Positions 55,167 to 64,000 of a stretch of 64,000 nt of DNA are shown here, in pieces. The position numbers were made by a program, and so were the translations under genes. Source of the DNA: an uncultured Chloroflexia bacterium (GTDB lineage Bacteria > Chloroflexota > Limnocylindria > Limnocylindrales > CSP1-4); contig CAVTHS010000008.1 in assembly GCA_963734535.1 (NCBI GenBank), positions 480,001 through 544,000 on the forward strand. The letters are read 5' to 3'. Below the pieces are notes generated by a model that was not told the DNA's origin, did not search any database, and saw only the letters and a program-made list of their open reading frames with translations. Each line of letters begins with the position of its first letter. Within the stretch, counting starts at the first letter, position 1.

Positions 55167-57218
55167 CTAGGCGACCCGGACCGCGACGAGGGCGTCGACG
55201 GCGACCGCCAGGAAGAGCAGCGTCAGGTACGTGATCGAGAACTTGTAGAGCCGGATCGCGCCGGCGGTCGTGCCCTCGACCGTGCCCTCCCGGGCGAGCC
55301 TCCCGGACTGCCAGAGGAAGATCGCGCCGAGCACGAGCGCCGCGACCAGGTAGACCAGGCCCATCCTCGCCACCGCGAAGAAGACGAGGCTGACGGCGAC
55401 CAGCAGCACCGTGTACAGGAAGATCTGGCGGGTCGTCTCGGCCGTGCCGCGAACCACGGGCAGCATCGGCACCCCGGCCGCCGCGTAGTCCTTGGCGAGC
55501 CGAAGGCTGAGTGCCCAGAAATGGGGCGGCGTCCAGTAGAAGACGAGCGCGAACAGCATGATCGCTGGCAGCTCGACGTTCCCGGTCACCGCCGCCCATC
55601 CGATCACCGGGGGGAGCGCGCCGGCCGCACCGCCGATGACGATGTTCTGGGGCGTCGTCCGCTTCAGGAGCATCGTGTACACGAAGACGTAGAAGCCGAT
55701 GGCCAGCAGGGTCAGGAACGCCGCGACGAGGTTGACGAAGACAGCGAGCAGCCCGACCGAGAAGATCCCCAGCAGGATCCCGAAGACGAGGGCCTGATCC
55801 GGCTCCACGGCATGCGCGGGCAGTGGCCGTCGACGCGTCCGGGTCATCAGCAGGTCGATGTCGCGGTCGAGGTACTGGTTGATCGCGTTCGCTGCCCCGG
55901 CCGCGAGCGTCCCGCCGACGAGCGTCCAGAAGACGATGATCCCCCAGTTCGCCCAGTTCACGCCCGGCAGGTCACGGGTGGCCAGGACCATGGCAGGGAT
56001 CGTCGTGATGAGCAGGAGCTCGATGATTCGCGGCTTCGTGAGCGCGACGTAGGCGCCCAGGGTCGCGCGGAACGGGCGCCGCGCGGCAGGGGCCGCCGGG
56101 GCGGCAGGGACGGCAGGGCCCGCATGGGCCGCGAGGCCCACAGCGGCCGCGGGGAACGGCGGATCGGGCCGATCCTGCGGGGCCGCCACCACGACCACCG
56201 CGACCGCCTCCGCGTGCACGATCGACGCTCCCGCGGTGGTCGACGGACCCGCACCCGCGTCGGGGATGCCCGTCGGAACGCCGGAGCCCGGGCTTGCCGC
56301 GCCCTCGCGGACGCCCACCCGGGCGCCGTAGTAGCTGACGAAGACGGCCGCGACCGCCGCCACCCAGATGAACGTGGCCAGCGCCACGTGCAGGGTCTGC
56401 GTCCATGGCGCGAGCTGGGTCCAGATCTGGAATGCGCCGACGACCGCCTGCACGGGGTAGAGCACGGCTGCGATCGTCACGAGCCGGAAGAGCGTTCGAT
56501 TGCCGCGCTGGCCGCGCCACGCCGCGAGCCACGTCGCCGCGAGCAGAAGCCCGACGATCACCGCCACGTACCGGTGGAGCGCATTCGTGACCGCCAGCAG
56601 CTGCGTCGCGGGCTGCATGTCCCCGAACGGCGGAATGATCGCGCCGCCCATGAGCGGCCAGTCCGGGAAGATGAGCGCGGCGTCGACGGAGGTGACGTTG
56701 CTTCCGAACAGGAGGAGCGCGTAGGCCGCGGCGGCCGTGAAGACCGCGAGCAGCGTGAAGCGCTGGCTGGCGCCGCGGCTCGCCATGCGCGCCGGATACG
56801 CGGCACGGACCAGCAGGAAGGCGAGCAGGCCGACCACGGCGAGCGCCGTCGCGAGGTGCGCCGTGACCGACGGACCGGAGTTGCCGAGGCGAACCGTCTC
56901 CCGCCCCAGCCACGCCTGGAACCCCACCAGGGCAACGGCGCCGATCGAGGGCAGCAGCAGGCTCAGCCGATCGCGGTGGTCGAGCACCGCGAGGACCGCG
57001 ATCCCGAGCACGAGGACCCCGATCACCGCGGCGACGAGGCGGTGGACCCACTCGGCCCACGCCTTGAAGTCGCCGAGCGGCGGGATCACCTGGCCGTAGC
57101 AGAACGGCCAGTCCGGGCAGCCCATGCCGCTGCCGGTCGCGCGAACCACGACCCCCACGATGACGAGCGCGAGCGTCGTGGCGAGCGTCACGCCCACGAG
57201 CTTCTGGAACCGGGTCAC
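55167..57218 (-). CDS. fused heme A synthase (CtaA/COX15) - heme O synthase (CtaB/CyoE)
   Basis: N-half GMGCPDWPFC, EW-HR, H-A, HR; Ala/Pro linker; C-half LTKPRII, N---DRDID--M-RT--RP, YT--LKR-T-QNIVIGG, WTPPHFWAL, DY---GVPMLP. Confidence 0.92.
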   Translation of the reverse strand: MTRFQKLVGVTLATTLALVIVGVVVRATGSGMGCPDWPFCYGQVIPPLGDFKAWAEWVHRLVAAVIGVLVLGIAVLAVLDHRDRLSLLLPSIGAVALVGFQAWLGRETVRLGNSGPSVTAHLATALAVVGLLAFLLVRAAYPARMASRGASQRFTLLAVFTAAAAYALLLFGSNVTSVDAALIFPDWPLMGGAIIPPFGDMQPATQLLAVTNALHRYVAVIVGLLLAATWLAAWRGQRGNRTLFRLVTIAAVLYPVQAVVGAFQIWTQLAPWTQTLHVALATFIWVAAVAAVFVSYYGARVGVREGAASPGSGVPTGIPDAGAGPSTTAGASIVHAEAVAVVVVAAPQDRPDPPFPAAAVGLAAHAGPAVPAAPAAPAARRPFRATLGAYVALTKPRIIELLLITTIPAMVLATRDLPGVNWANWGIIVFWTLVGGTLAAGAANAINQYLDRDIDLLMTRTRRRPLPAHAVEPDQALVFGILLGIFSVGLLAVFVNLVAAFLTLLAIGFYVFVYTMLLKRTTPQNIVIGGAAGALPPVIGWAAVTGNVELPAIMLFALVFYWTPPHFWALSLRLAKDYAAAGVPMLPVVRGTAETTRQIFLYTVLLVAVSLVFFAVARMGLVYLVAALVLGAIFLWQSGRLAREGTVEGTTAGAIRLYKFSITYLTLLFLAVAVDALVAVRVA

Positions 57219-57428
57219 CCAACCTCCGCCGTGCTCCCGGCGCGCGATCTGCGCTGCGGCGAGCACGCCTGCCTGGACGCCGGCGGATTGTAGCGTGACT
57301 CGCTCGCGGCGGCCCTCGAGCGCCCCGCTGGGCGATACGTGGCGGCGCGAAAGGCGCGCCCGTGGCGTCCCGCGCAACCGGCCATCGCCGCCGGAGCGAT
57401 GTCGGGCCGGGAAGCGTACCCTCCGCGC

Positions 57429-58418
57429 GTGCATCCATCGGTCCGCCTCTCCATTTCCGCATTGCTCGTCGCCGGGCTCCTCGCCGCCTGTGCAGGGAGC
57501 GTCGCCACCAGCCCGACACCGGGGACGGCGGACGCGTCGGCGGTTGCTCCCGCCGGCAGCGCGTGCAACACCGACGCGCTGCCGGGCTGGCCGAAGGCCG
57601 GCCAGGTGACCACCAGCGGCATCATCCCGGTCCTCGCCAGCTCCGAGAAGGTCGTGGGCAAGGGCCGGCTCGTGTTCTCGCTGATCGACCAGGCCAACAA
57701 GCCGGTGGCGTCGCCCGACATCCACCTGCAGATGGCGTTCTTCGACCTCTGCGCCAGCGCGACCACGCCGACCGAGACGGTGGCGCCGATCTTCGCCTGG
57801 GGGATCGTCGGCCAGCGCGGCTTCTACATCGCGACCCCGACGTTCACGACCGCCGGCACGTGGGGCGTCGCGATCAGCGCCACGGACGCGGCCGGGAAGC
57901 AGACCACCGCGCGGATGCAGTTCTCGGTCGATGCGAGCGGCACCACGCCCGCGATCGGGGCCGCCGCCCCATCGGTGAAGACGCCCACGCTCGCCGACGT
58001 CGGTGGCGACGTGACGAAGATCAGCTCCGACCCCAGCCCTGACCCATCGCTCTACACCGAATCGGTCGACCAGGCGCTCAAGGCTCGGGAGCCGTTCGTC
58101 CTGGCATTCGCGACGCCGGCGTTCTGCAAGAGCGCCGAGTGCGGCCCGACGCTCGACACCGTGAAGGCCGTGGTCAAGGCGAACCCGATCCGGGCCATCA
58201 ACGTGGAGCCGTACCAGCTCACCTGGACGAATGGTCGCCTCCAGCCCGTGCTGGCCAACGGGGACTTCGTGACGGTCGAGGCAACGAACGTCTACGGCAT
58301 CCCGACGGAGCCCTGGATCTTCGTCATCGGCGCGTCGGGCAAGGTCGTGGCCTCGTTCGAGGCGGTCGTCGCGCCCGACGAGCTGGCCGCGGCGATCAAG
58401 GCCGCGAAGTCCGGCTGA
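57429..58418 (+). CDS. lipoprotein with Ig-like and thioredoxin-like (CxxxxC) domains
   Basis: lipobox LLAAC; F---G-W; FATPAFCKSAECGP; TEPWIFVI---G-V---FE. Confidence 0.7.
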   Translation: MHPSVRLSISALLVAGLLAACAGSVATSPTPGTADASAVAPAGSACNTDALPGWPKAGQVTTSGIIPVLASSEKVVGKGRLVFSLIDQANKPVASPDIHLQMAFFDLCASATTPTETVAPIFAWGIVGQRGFYIATPTFTTAGTWGVAISATDAAGKQTTARMQFSVDASGTTPAIGAAAPSVKTPTLADVGGDVTKISSDPSPDPSLYTESVDQALKAREPFVLAFATPAFCKSAECGPTLDTVKAVVKANPIRAINVEPYQLTWTNGRLQPVLANGDFVTVEATNVYGIPTEPWIFVIGASGKVVASFEAVVAPDELAAAIKAAKSG

Positions 58419-58533
58419 GCGCGGCCCGGGCGGTCGCGGCCGGCGAGCGCGACCGGGCGGGCGCGGCCGGCCGACGGCCCCCGGACGTGACCGGCGGCCT
58501 CCAAGGCCCGGCACGCGCCGGTCGCCCGGCCCG

Positions 58534-60093
58534 CTACTCGGGGTAGCCCGTGATCGCCCGGATCTCCTCGTAGAGCGGCCGAAGGCGCGCGTACATCGGC
58601 AGGTAGACGCGCCGGTAGAGCGCGTCGTAGCGAGCCTGGGCGGTCGGGTCGGGGTCGCGAACCTCGGCCAGGCGCGTCATCGCGGCCACCGCCGCGTCGA
58701 ACGAGGGATGGATCCCGAGGCCGACGGCAGCATCGATCGCGGCACCGAGACCGGACGTCTCGAACGTGTGCGGCCGTCCCACGGGCAGTCCGAAGACGTC
58801 GGCCGTGATCTGGACGACGCGATCCGAGCGCGCCCCGCCCCCCGAGACGCGCAGCGCAGTGATGGGGACCTTCGTGCGCCGCTCGGTCCGTTCCTTCGCC
58901 TCGCGAAGCGCGTACGCCAGCCCTTCGACGACAGCCCGATAGAGGTGCGCGCGGCCGTGGACATCGCCGAATCCGATCGCGGCGCCCTTCGCCTCGGGCC
59001 CCGGGAGCCGGACGCCCGGCGAGAAGGTCGGCTGGAGGATGAGGCCCATCGCGCCGGGCGGAGTGGTCGCGAGGAGCTCGTCGAGGACGTCGACCGGGTC
59101 GATCCCACGGGCCAGCGCGGCCGCTTCCTCGGCTGCCCCGAACTCGCGGCGGAACCACTCCACGAGCCAGAAGCCGCGGTAGACCTGGATCTCCAGGCTC
59201 CATGCCCCCGGGACCGCCGCGGGGTACGGCGGGACGAGCGGCACGGCCTCCACGTAGCGCCGGTGCGTGGAGTTGAAGGTGGCCGTCGTCCCGAACGAGA
59301 GCGCGCCCAGGTTCGGGGCAAGGCAGCCGGAGCCCAGGACCTCGCAGGCCTTGTCGGCGCCCGCCGCGATGACGGGCGTGCCGGCAGGCAGGCCGAGGTG
59401 CGCGGCCGCGCCCGGCGTGAGCGCGCCCAGCTCCGCTCCGGACGTGACGAGGTCCGGCAGCATCGCCGGGTCGAGCGGGGCGACGCGCCACTTCCAGTCG
59501 CCGCGACCGGCCCAACGGCGGCGCCTGAAGTCGAACGGGAGATAGCCCACCTGGGCGGCGTCCGCGTCGACATAGCGGCCCACCAGCCGGTGGACCAGGA
59601 ACCCCGAGAGGAGCAGGAACTTCGCCGTGCGCGCCCAGGTGTCGGGCTCGTTGACGCGCAGCCAGTTCGCCTCGGCGTCGGCCTGGAACGCGGCCACCGT
59701 GTCCCGCACGCCGAGCACGCGGAACGCGAGGCCGTTGATCCCGCCGACCTGCGGCAGGCCGGGGGTCCGGCGCTGGTCGAGCCAGACGATCGCCGGCCGA
59801 AGGGGCGCGCCGTCCCGATCGACGACCACGACCGTGCCGCGCTGGGTCGTGAGCGCCACGCCGGCCACCGCGTCGCGCCGGGCGGCGGGATCCGCCCAGA
59901 GAGCCGTGCAGGCCTGGCCGATCGCGGTCCAGTACACCTCCGGGTCCTGCTCCGCCCACCCCGGGTGGGGCGAGACGTACGGCTCGATCGCGATCTTCGC
60001 CTTCGCGGCGAGCGATCCATCCGGCCCGAACAGGAGCGCGCGGACGCTCTGCGTCCCGACGTCGATCGCCAGGACGTGATCGGCGGCGGTCAT
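58534..60093 (-). CDS. FGGY family carbohydrate kinase
   Basis: [57 protein letters not shown]. Confidence 0.93.
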   Translation of the reverse strand: MTAADHVLAIDVGTQSVRALLFGPDGSLAAKAKIAIEPYVSPHPGWAEQDPEVYWTAIGQACTALWADPAARRDAVAGVALTTQRGTVVVVDRDGAPLRPAIVWLDQRRTPGLPQVGGINGLAFRVLGVRDTVAAFQADAEANWLRVNEPDTWARTAKFLLLSGFLVHRLVGRYVDADAAQVGYLPFDFRRRRWAGRGDWKWRVAPLDPAMLPDLVTSGAELGALTPGAAAHLGLPAGTPVIAAGADKACEVLGSGCLAPNLGALSFGTTATFNSTHRRYVEAVPLVPPYPAAVPGAWSLEIQVYRGFWLVEWFRREFGAAEEAAALARGIDPVDVLDELLATTPPGAMGLILQPTFSPGVRLPGPEAKGAAIGFGDVHGRAHLYRAVVEGLAYALREAKERTERRTKVPITALRVSGGGARSDRVVQITADVFGLPVGRPHTFETSGLGAAIDAAVGLGIHPSFDAAVAAMTRLAEVRDPDPTAQARYDALYRRVYLPMYARLRPLYEEIRAITGYPE

Positions 60094-61829
60094 CGCACCG
60101 TCGTCGCGGGCGAACCGGCATCGATGCCCGCGGGGGAGCATCGCCGTCGGCATCGAGGCCCGCGGGCGGAGGACCGCCGCCCGCATCTACCGGGCCGGGA
60201 GGCGCGTAGTCGCTCCCCCAGAGCGCTCGATAGGCGGCTTCCTCCGCGTCCCAGCGCGCGTCGCTCCAGCGCAGCTCGGGCTGCGCGATCTCCCGTACGC
60301 GACCCAGGACCGCGGCCCCGCCCCCCGGGAGGGTGAGCCCCAGGCGGACCCGGCGCAGGAGGAGGTCCTCGAGGCGCACCACACCCTCGGCGCGCGCCGC
60401 CCAGCGGACCTCCGCCCAGGCGGAGGCGGTGCCGGGGATCCGCGCGAAGTCGTCGAGCGCGCCCCGCTCCGCCGCTGCCGCAAGGAGCAGGGAGGTCGCC
60501 CGGCCGTGACGGCCCGCGAGGCGCCGCAGGTCGTCGGCGGGCAGGTCGTGCGCGCCGGGGCCGAGGTCACTGCCACGCGGCGCGGGCACCGGATCGACCG
60601 GGGGGTCCGCCGCGGGGAGGCCCACCGTCACGCGCCCCGCGAAGCGCGGCCGGAGCGCCCGCAGGGCCTCGCGGGCCAGCACGTCGAACGTCGTGAGCTT
60701 GCCGCCCGTCAGCGTGAGGAGGCCGTGCTCATCCCAGGCCGCGTGGTCGCGCGATTCCTTCGACGGGTCGGCGCGACCGGTTCCGATCACCGGCCGGACC
60801 CCCGCGAACGACGCGATCGCGTCCTCCGGGCCGAGGTCGAGGGCCGGGAACGCGGCGGCCATCGCGTCGGCCAGGTAGGCGGCCTCGTCGAGCGAGATGC
60901 GAGGCTCGACGTCGAGATCGCCGTGGTGATCGACGTCGGTGGTCCCGACGAGCGTGACGCCCTCCCAGGGGAACGCGAAGACGGGCCGCCCATCGGCGGG
61001 GTGGCTGACGCTCACCGCCTGCGCAACCGGGAATCGCCACGCCGGGAAGACCAGGTGCGAGCCGCGCAGGGGCCGGATTCGCGGCGCCGCTCCAATCTTG
61101 CCGCGCAGCCGGTCCGCCCACGCGCCCGTGGCGCTCACGGTGGCGGTCGCGCGGACGTCGACGGAGCGACCCGCGTCGAGCGCGTCGCGGACGCGGGCAC
61201 CGACGACCATGCCGCCGCCCGCATCGCGCAGCACGTCCTCCGCCGTGGCGTAGGTGAGGATCGTCGCGCCGGCCGCCACCGCGTCGAGGGCGACCCGGAA
61301 CGTCAGGCGCGCGTCGTCCGTCTGCGCGTCGGCGTACCGGAAGCCGCCGGTCAGCCCGGCCAGGCCGGAGGCGGGGCGCGAGCAGCTCCAGCTCGGATCG
61401 CCGCAGGCGGCGGTGCGTCCGACGGCCGGCGAGGACGTCGTACATCTCGAGGCCTGCCGTGTAGGTCCAGCGGCCAGGCGACGTGCCCCGATAGGTGGGC
61501 ATGAGGAAGCCGAGCTCGTCGACGAGCCCCGGGGCGGCCCGCAGGAGACGCTCACGCTCGCGGACGGAGTCGCGCACGACGCCGACCTGGCCCTCCCGCA
61601 GGTATCGCAGGCCGCCGTGCACGAGCTTCGACGAGCGCGAGCTGGTGCCCCAGGCGAGATCGCGCTGCTCGACGAGGAGGACGTGGAGGCCGGCCCGGGC
61701 AGCCCGCCGCGCAATTCCCGCGCCGCTGATCCCGCCGCCGACGACGAGCACGTCCCACGGCCCCGCGAGCCGCTCCCACGCCTCGTCGCGCCAGCCCGGC
61801 CGGAGCATTGGGACGGCGGGCGGGATCAT
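60090..61829 (-). CDS. FAD-dependent glycerol-3-phosphate dehydrogenase (GlpD-like), frameshifted near 61370 and in the tail
   Basis: [30 protein letters not shown]; other frame [49 protein letters not shown]. Confidence 0.85.
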
Positions 61830-63427
61830 GATGCGTCCCCGAGGAGGACCCCGGGATGCATCCGGCCGGCAGGGTCGAAACGGTGGGCAACCTCGGCGAG
61901 GACGGCCATCCCGAGGATTCCCTTCTCGGCGGGGAGGTACGGGGCGTGGTCAGTTCCGACGCCGTGCTGGTGGCTGATGGTGCCGCCTCGCCGAACGATC
62001 GCGCTGGATGCGAGCGCCTTGAGGCGCCGCCATCGGGCGAGCGTCACGTCCGGGTCGCCGGCCAGCCGGAAGAGGAACGTCGTGTAGAGGCTGCTGCCGG
62101 TCGGGTAGACGTGCGAGAGGTGGGTGAAGGCGTGGACCCGCTCGCCGTCCGCGGCCAGCCCGGCACGGAGCGCCGGGGCCAGCTCCCGCGCGAGCACGTC
62201 GACCGACGACCACGGGACGGCCGTCTCCAGGGTGTCGACGGCATAGCCGGCGTCCCACAGCGCGTTGCGCAGGTACGGCGTGCGGAACCTGCCGGCCTGC
62301 CACTGGCGCCCGAGACGTCCGGGAGCACGCACCGCCCCGAGATCGCGAGCGATCTCCGTGACGCCGGCCAGGGTGGCCCGGACCAGCCGGCGGGGCCCGG
62401 CCAGGCCCAGCAGGACCATGCACCGTCCGGGACCGGCGCCGCGTGCCGCCAGGTAGCGCCGCAGCGCCCGCAGCACCGCCTCGTGCCCGGCCAGGGCGAG
62501 GTTCGTATAGGTCTCGGCCGGGGTGGAGGTGCGGATCATCGTGATCGGGAGCCGGGCCCGCGCCAGTGCGCGGGTGAACGCGAGGGCGCGCTCCCAGTCC
62601 GGCAGGAAGAAGGTCGGGAAGACCTCGACGTCGGGAAGCGGTGCGACCCGCAGCACGGCTTCCGTGACGATCCCGAGCCGGCCCTCCGAGCCGAGCACCA
62701 GCTGGCGGAGGTCCGGGCCGGCCGCCGATGCCGGGTGCGGCGGCATCTCCAGCGTGCCGGCCGGCGCCTCCAGCGTCCCGCCGGCGAACAGCGCCTCGAT
62801 CCGGCCGAAGCCGACCGACTGCTGGCCGGAGCTCCGCGTGGCGACCCAGCCGCCCACGGTCGAGTACTCGAAGCTCTGGGGGAAGTGCCCAAGCGTCAGG
62901 CCGCGCGCACGGAGAACCGCCTCCACGTCGGGACCGACCGTGCCCGCCCCGAACGTCGCGAGGAGGCCGTCCGCGTCGAGGCGTCGCAGGCCGGCGAGCC
63001 GCGCGAGCGAGATGGTCAGCCACGGGGCACCGTCGTCGCCCGGGGTCACGCCGCCCACCACGCTCGTGCCCCCGCCGTAGGGAATCACCCGTGCCCCGGC
63101 CGCCTCCGCGTACGCGAGGAGGTCGCGCACCTCGGCACCGTCCGCCGGGAACGCGACGCCGTCGGGGACCGCGCCCGGGCGGCCGCTCCGGAGCGCGAGC
63201 CAGTCCGGGAGGCTCTGGCCGCGTGCGTGACGCAGCCGCGTCTCCGCGTCGACGACGACCGACGGATGCGCGGGAAGCCGGCCGGGCGGGATCGCGGCGA
63301 CCACGTCGGCGAGCGCCGCGGCCGGCGGCGGGGTCCCCTCACCCACCAGGCGCGCGAGGGTGGCGGCCCCGGCGGCTGGAACGGCATCGGCGATGGAGTC
63401 GTCGCCCCAGCCGTTCCAGCGTCGCAT
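61826..63427 (-). CDS. FAD-binding oxidoreductase, alkyl-dihydroxyacetonephosphate synthase-like
   Basis: RRWNGWG, PYGGGTSVVG, LGHFPQSFEYST-GGWVATRSSGQQS, GSEG-LG, PYLR, DTLETA, H-SH-Y, HQHGVG. Confidence 0.9.
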   Translation of the reverse strand: MRRWNGWGDDSIADAVPAAGAATLARLVGEGTPPPAAALADVVAAIPPGRLPAHPSVVVDAETRLRHARGQSLPDWLALRSGRPGAVPDGVAFPADGAEVRDLLAYAEAAGARVIPYGGGTSVVGGVTPGDDGAPWLTISLARLAGLRRLDADGLLATFGAGTVGPDVEAVLRARGLTLGHFPQSFEYSTVGGWVATRSSGQQSVGFGRIEALFAGGTLEAPAGTLEMPPHPASAAGPDLRQLVLGSEGRLGIVTEAVLRVAPLPDVEVFPTFFLPDWERALAFTRALARARLPITMIRTSTPAETYTNLALAGHEAVLRALRRYLAARGAGPGRCMVLLGLAGPRRLVRATLAGVTEIARDLGAVRAPGRLGRQWQAGRFRTPYLRNALWDAGYAVDTLETAVPWSSVDVLARELAPALRAGLAADGERVHAFTHLSHVYPTGSSLYTTFLFRLAGDPDVTLARWRRLKALASSAIVRRGGTISHQHGVGTDHAPYLPAEKGILGMAVLAEVAHRFDPAGRMHPGVLLGDAS

Positions 63428-63552
63428 GCGGAGATGATGCGCTCGTGCGCGCCGGCGCGTCACCGTCCTCCGACGGGCGCCCTGCGGAGCGAGTCGTCCA
63501 CGTCGCTCCCGCGGCCCTATCCTTGCGGGAGCAACCCGGGAGGAGATGGAAC

Positions 63553-64000
63553 GTGGAGCTTCGACGTCTCGGCAGGACCGGGCGCATGGTCAGCACGATC
63601 GGCTTCGGCGCATGGGCGATCGGTGGCGACTGGGGCAGCGTCGACGATGCCGGCAGCCTTCGCGCGCTCCACGCGGCCGCCGATGCGGGCGTGACCCTCT
63701 TCGACACCGCCGACGTCTACGGCGACGGGCGCAGCGAGCGGCTGGTCGGGCAGCTCCTCCGGGAGCGGAGCGGCGAGTCGCTCTTCGTCGCGACGAAGAT
63801 GGGCCGTCGGGCGCCCCTCGACATGGCCCTCTACACGCCCGAGGCATTCCGCGGCTGGGTCGACCGGAGCCGCGACAACCTGGGCGTCGACCGCCTGGAC
63901 CTCGTGCAGCTCCACTGCCTCCCGACGGCGATCTACTACCGCCCGGAGATCTTCGCGGCACTCGACGATTTGGTGGCCGCGAACGCGATCGCCGCCTACG
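63553..64000 (+). CDS. aldo/keto reductase (3' truncated by window)
   Basis: GGAGG RBS; RRLGRTG--VS-IGFGAWAIGG-WG, FDTADVYGDGRSE, ATKMG, LDLVQLH. Confidence 0.9.
   Translation, partial: MELRRLGRTGRMVSTIGFGAWAIGGDWGSVDDAGSLRALHAAADAGVTLFDTADVYGDGRSERLVGQLLRERSGESLFVATKMGRRAPLDMALYTPEAFRGWVDRSRDNLGVDRLDLVQLHCLPTAIYYRPEIFAALDDLVAANAIAAY

Overview
High-GC bacterial chromosome segment. The gene styles (Cys-motif LysM protein, CtaA-CtaB fusion, XRE-nuclease, PAAS-rich lipoproteins) suggest a Chloroflexota-like aerobe; this is inference. It carries about 60 CDSs. I saw no rRNA, tRNA, CRISPR array, integrase or transposase. Main blocks: a DrrAB-type ABC exporter; a beta-1,2-glucan-type utilisation operon (ABC, GH144-like glucanase, GH39, GH94 SOGP-like phosphorylase); a patch of small regulators and hypotheticals (16-26 kb); a tandem MutS-domain-V ATPase pair; sodN/sodX; LLM oxidoreductases; MarR-MFS; xth-folE-ribD-like; cydAB; a Rieske oxygenase; a beta-CASP nuclease; a ctaA-ctaB fusion; and an ADPS-glpD-FGGY cluster. 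Two signals stand out. (1) Two back-to-back fluoride riboswitches, each with its own promoter and terminator, drive a MutS4-like ATPase pair plus a helical protein on one side and a degenerate PPase-fold/PH-like protein on the other, with no fluoride exporter in the window. (2) A stand-alone 11-aa ORF (MPQPPSTLSWS) repeats the N-terminal extension of the sugar-binding lipoprotein with mostly synonymous changes, and shares an ATGACG-N7-ATGACG upstream motif with that operon and with an atypical response regulator. Several genes are frameshifted, possibly from indel errors in the assembly.
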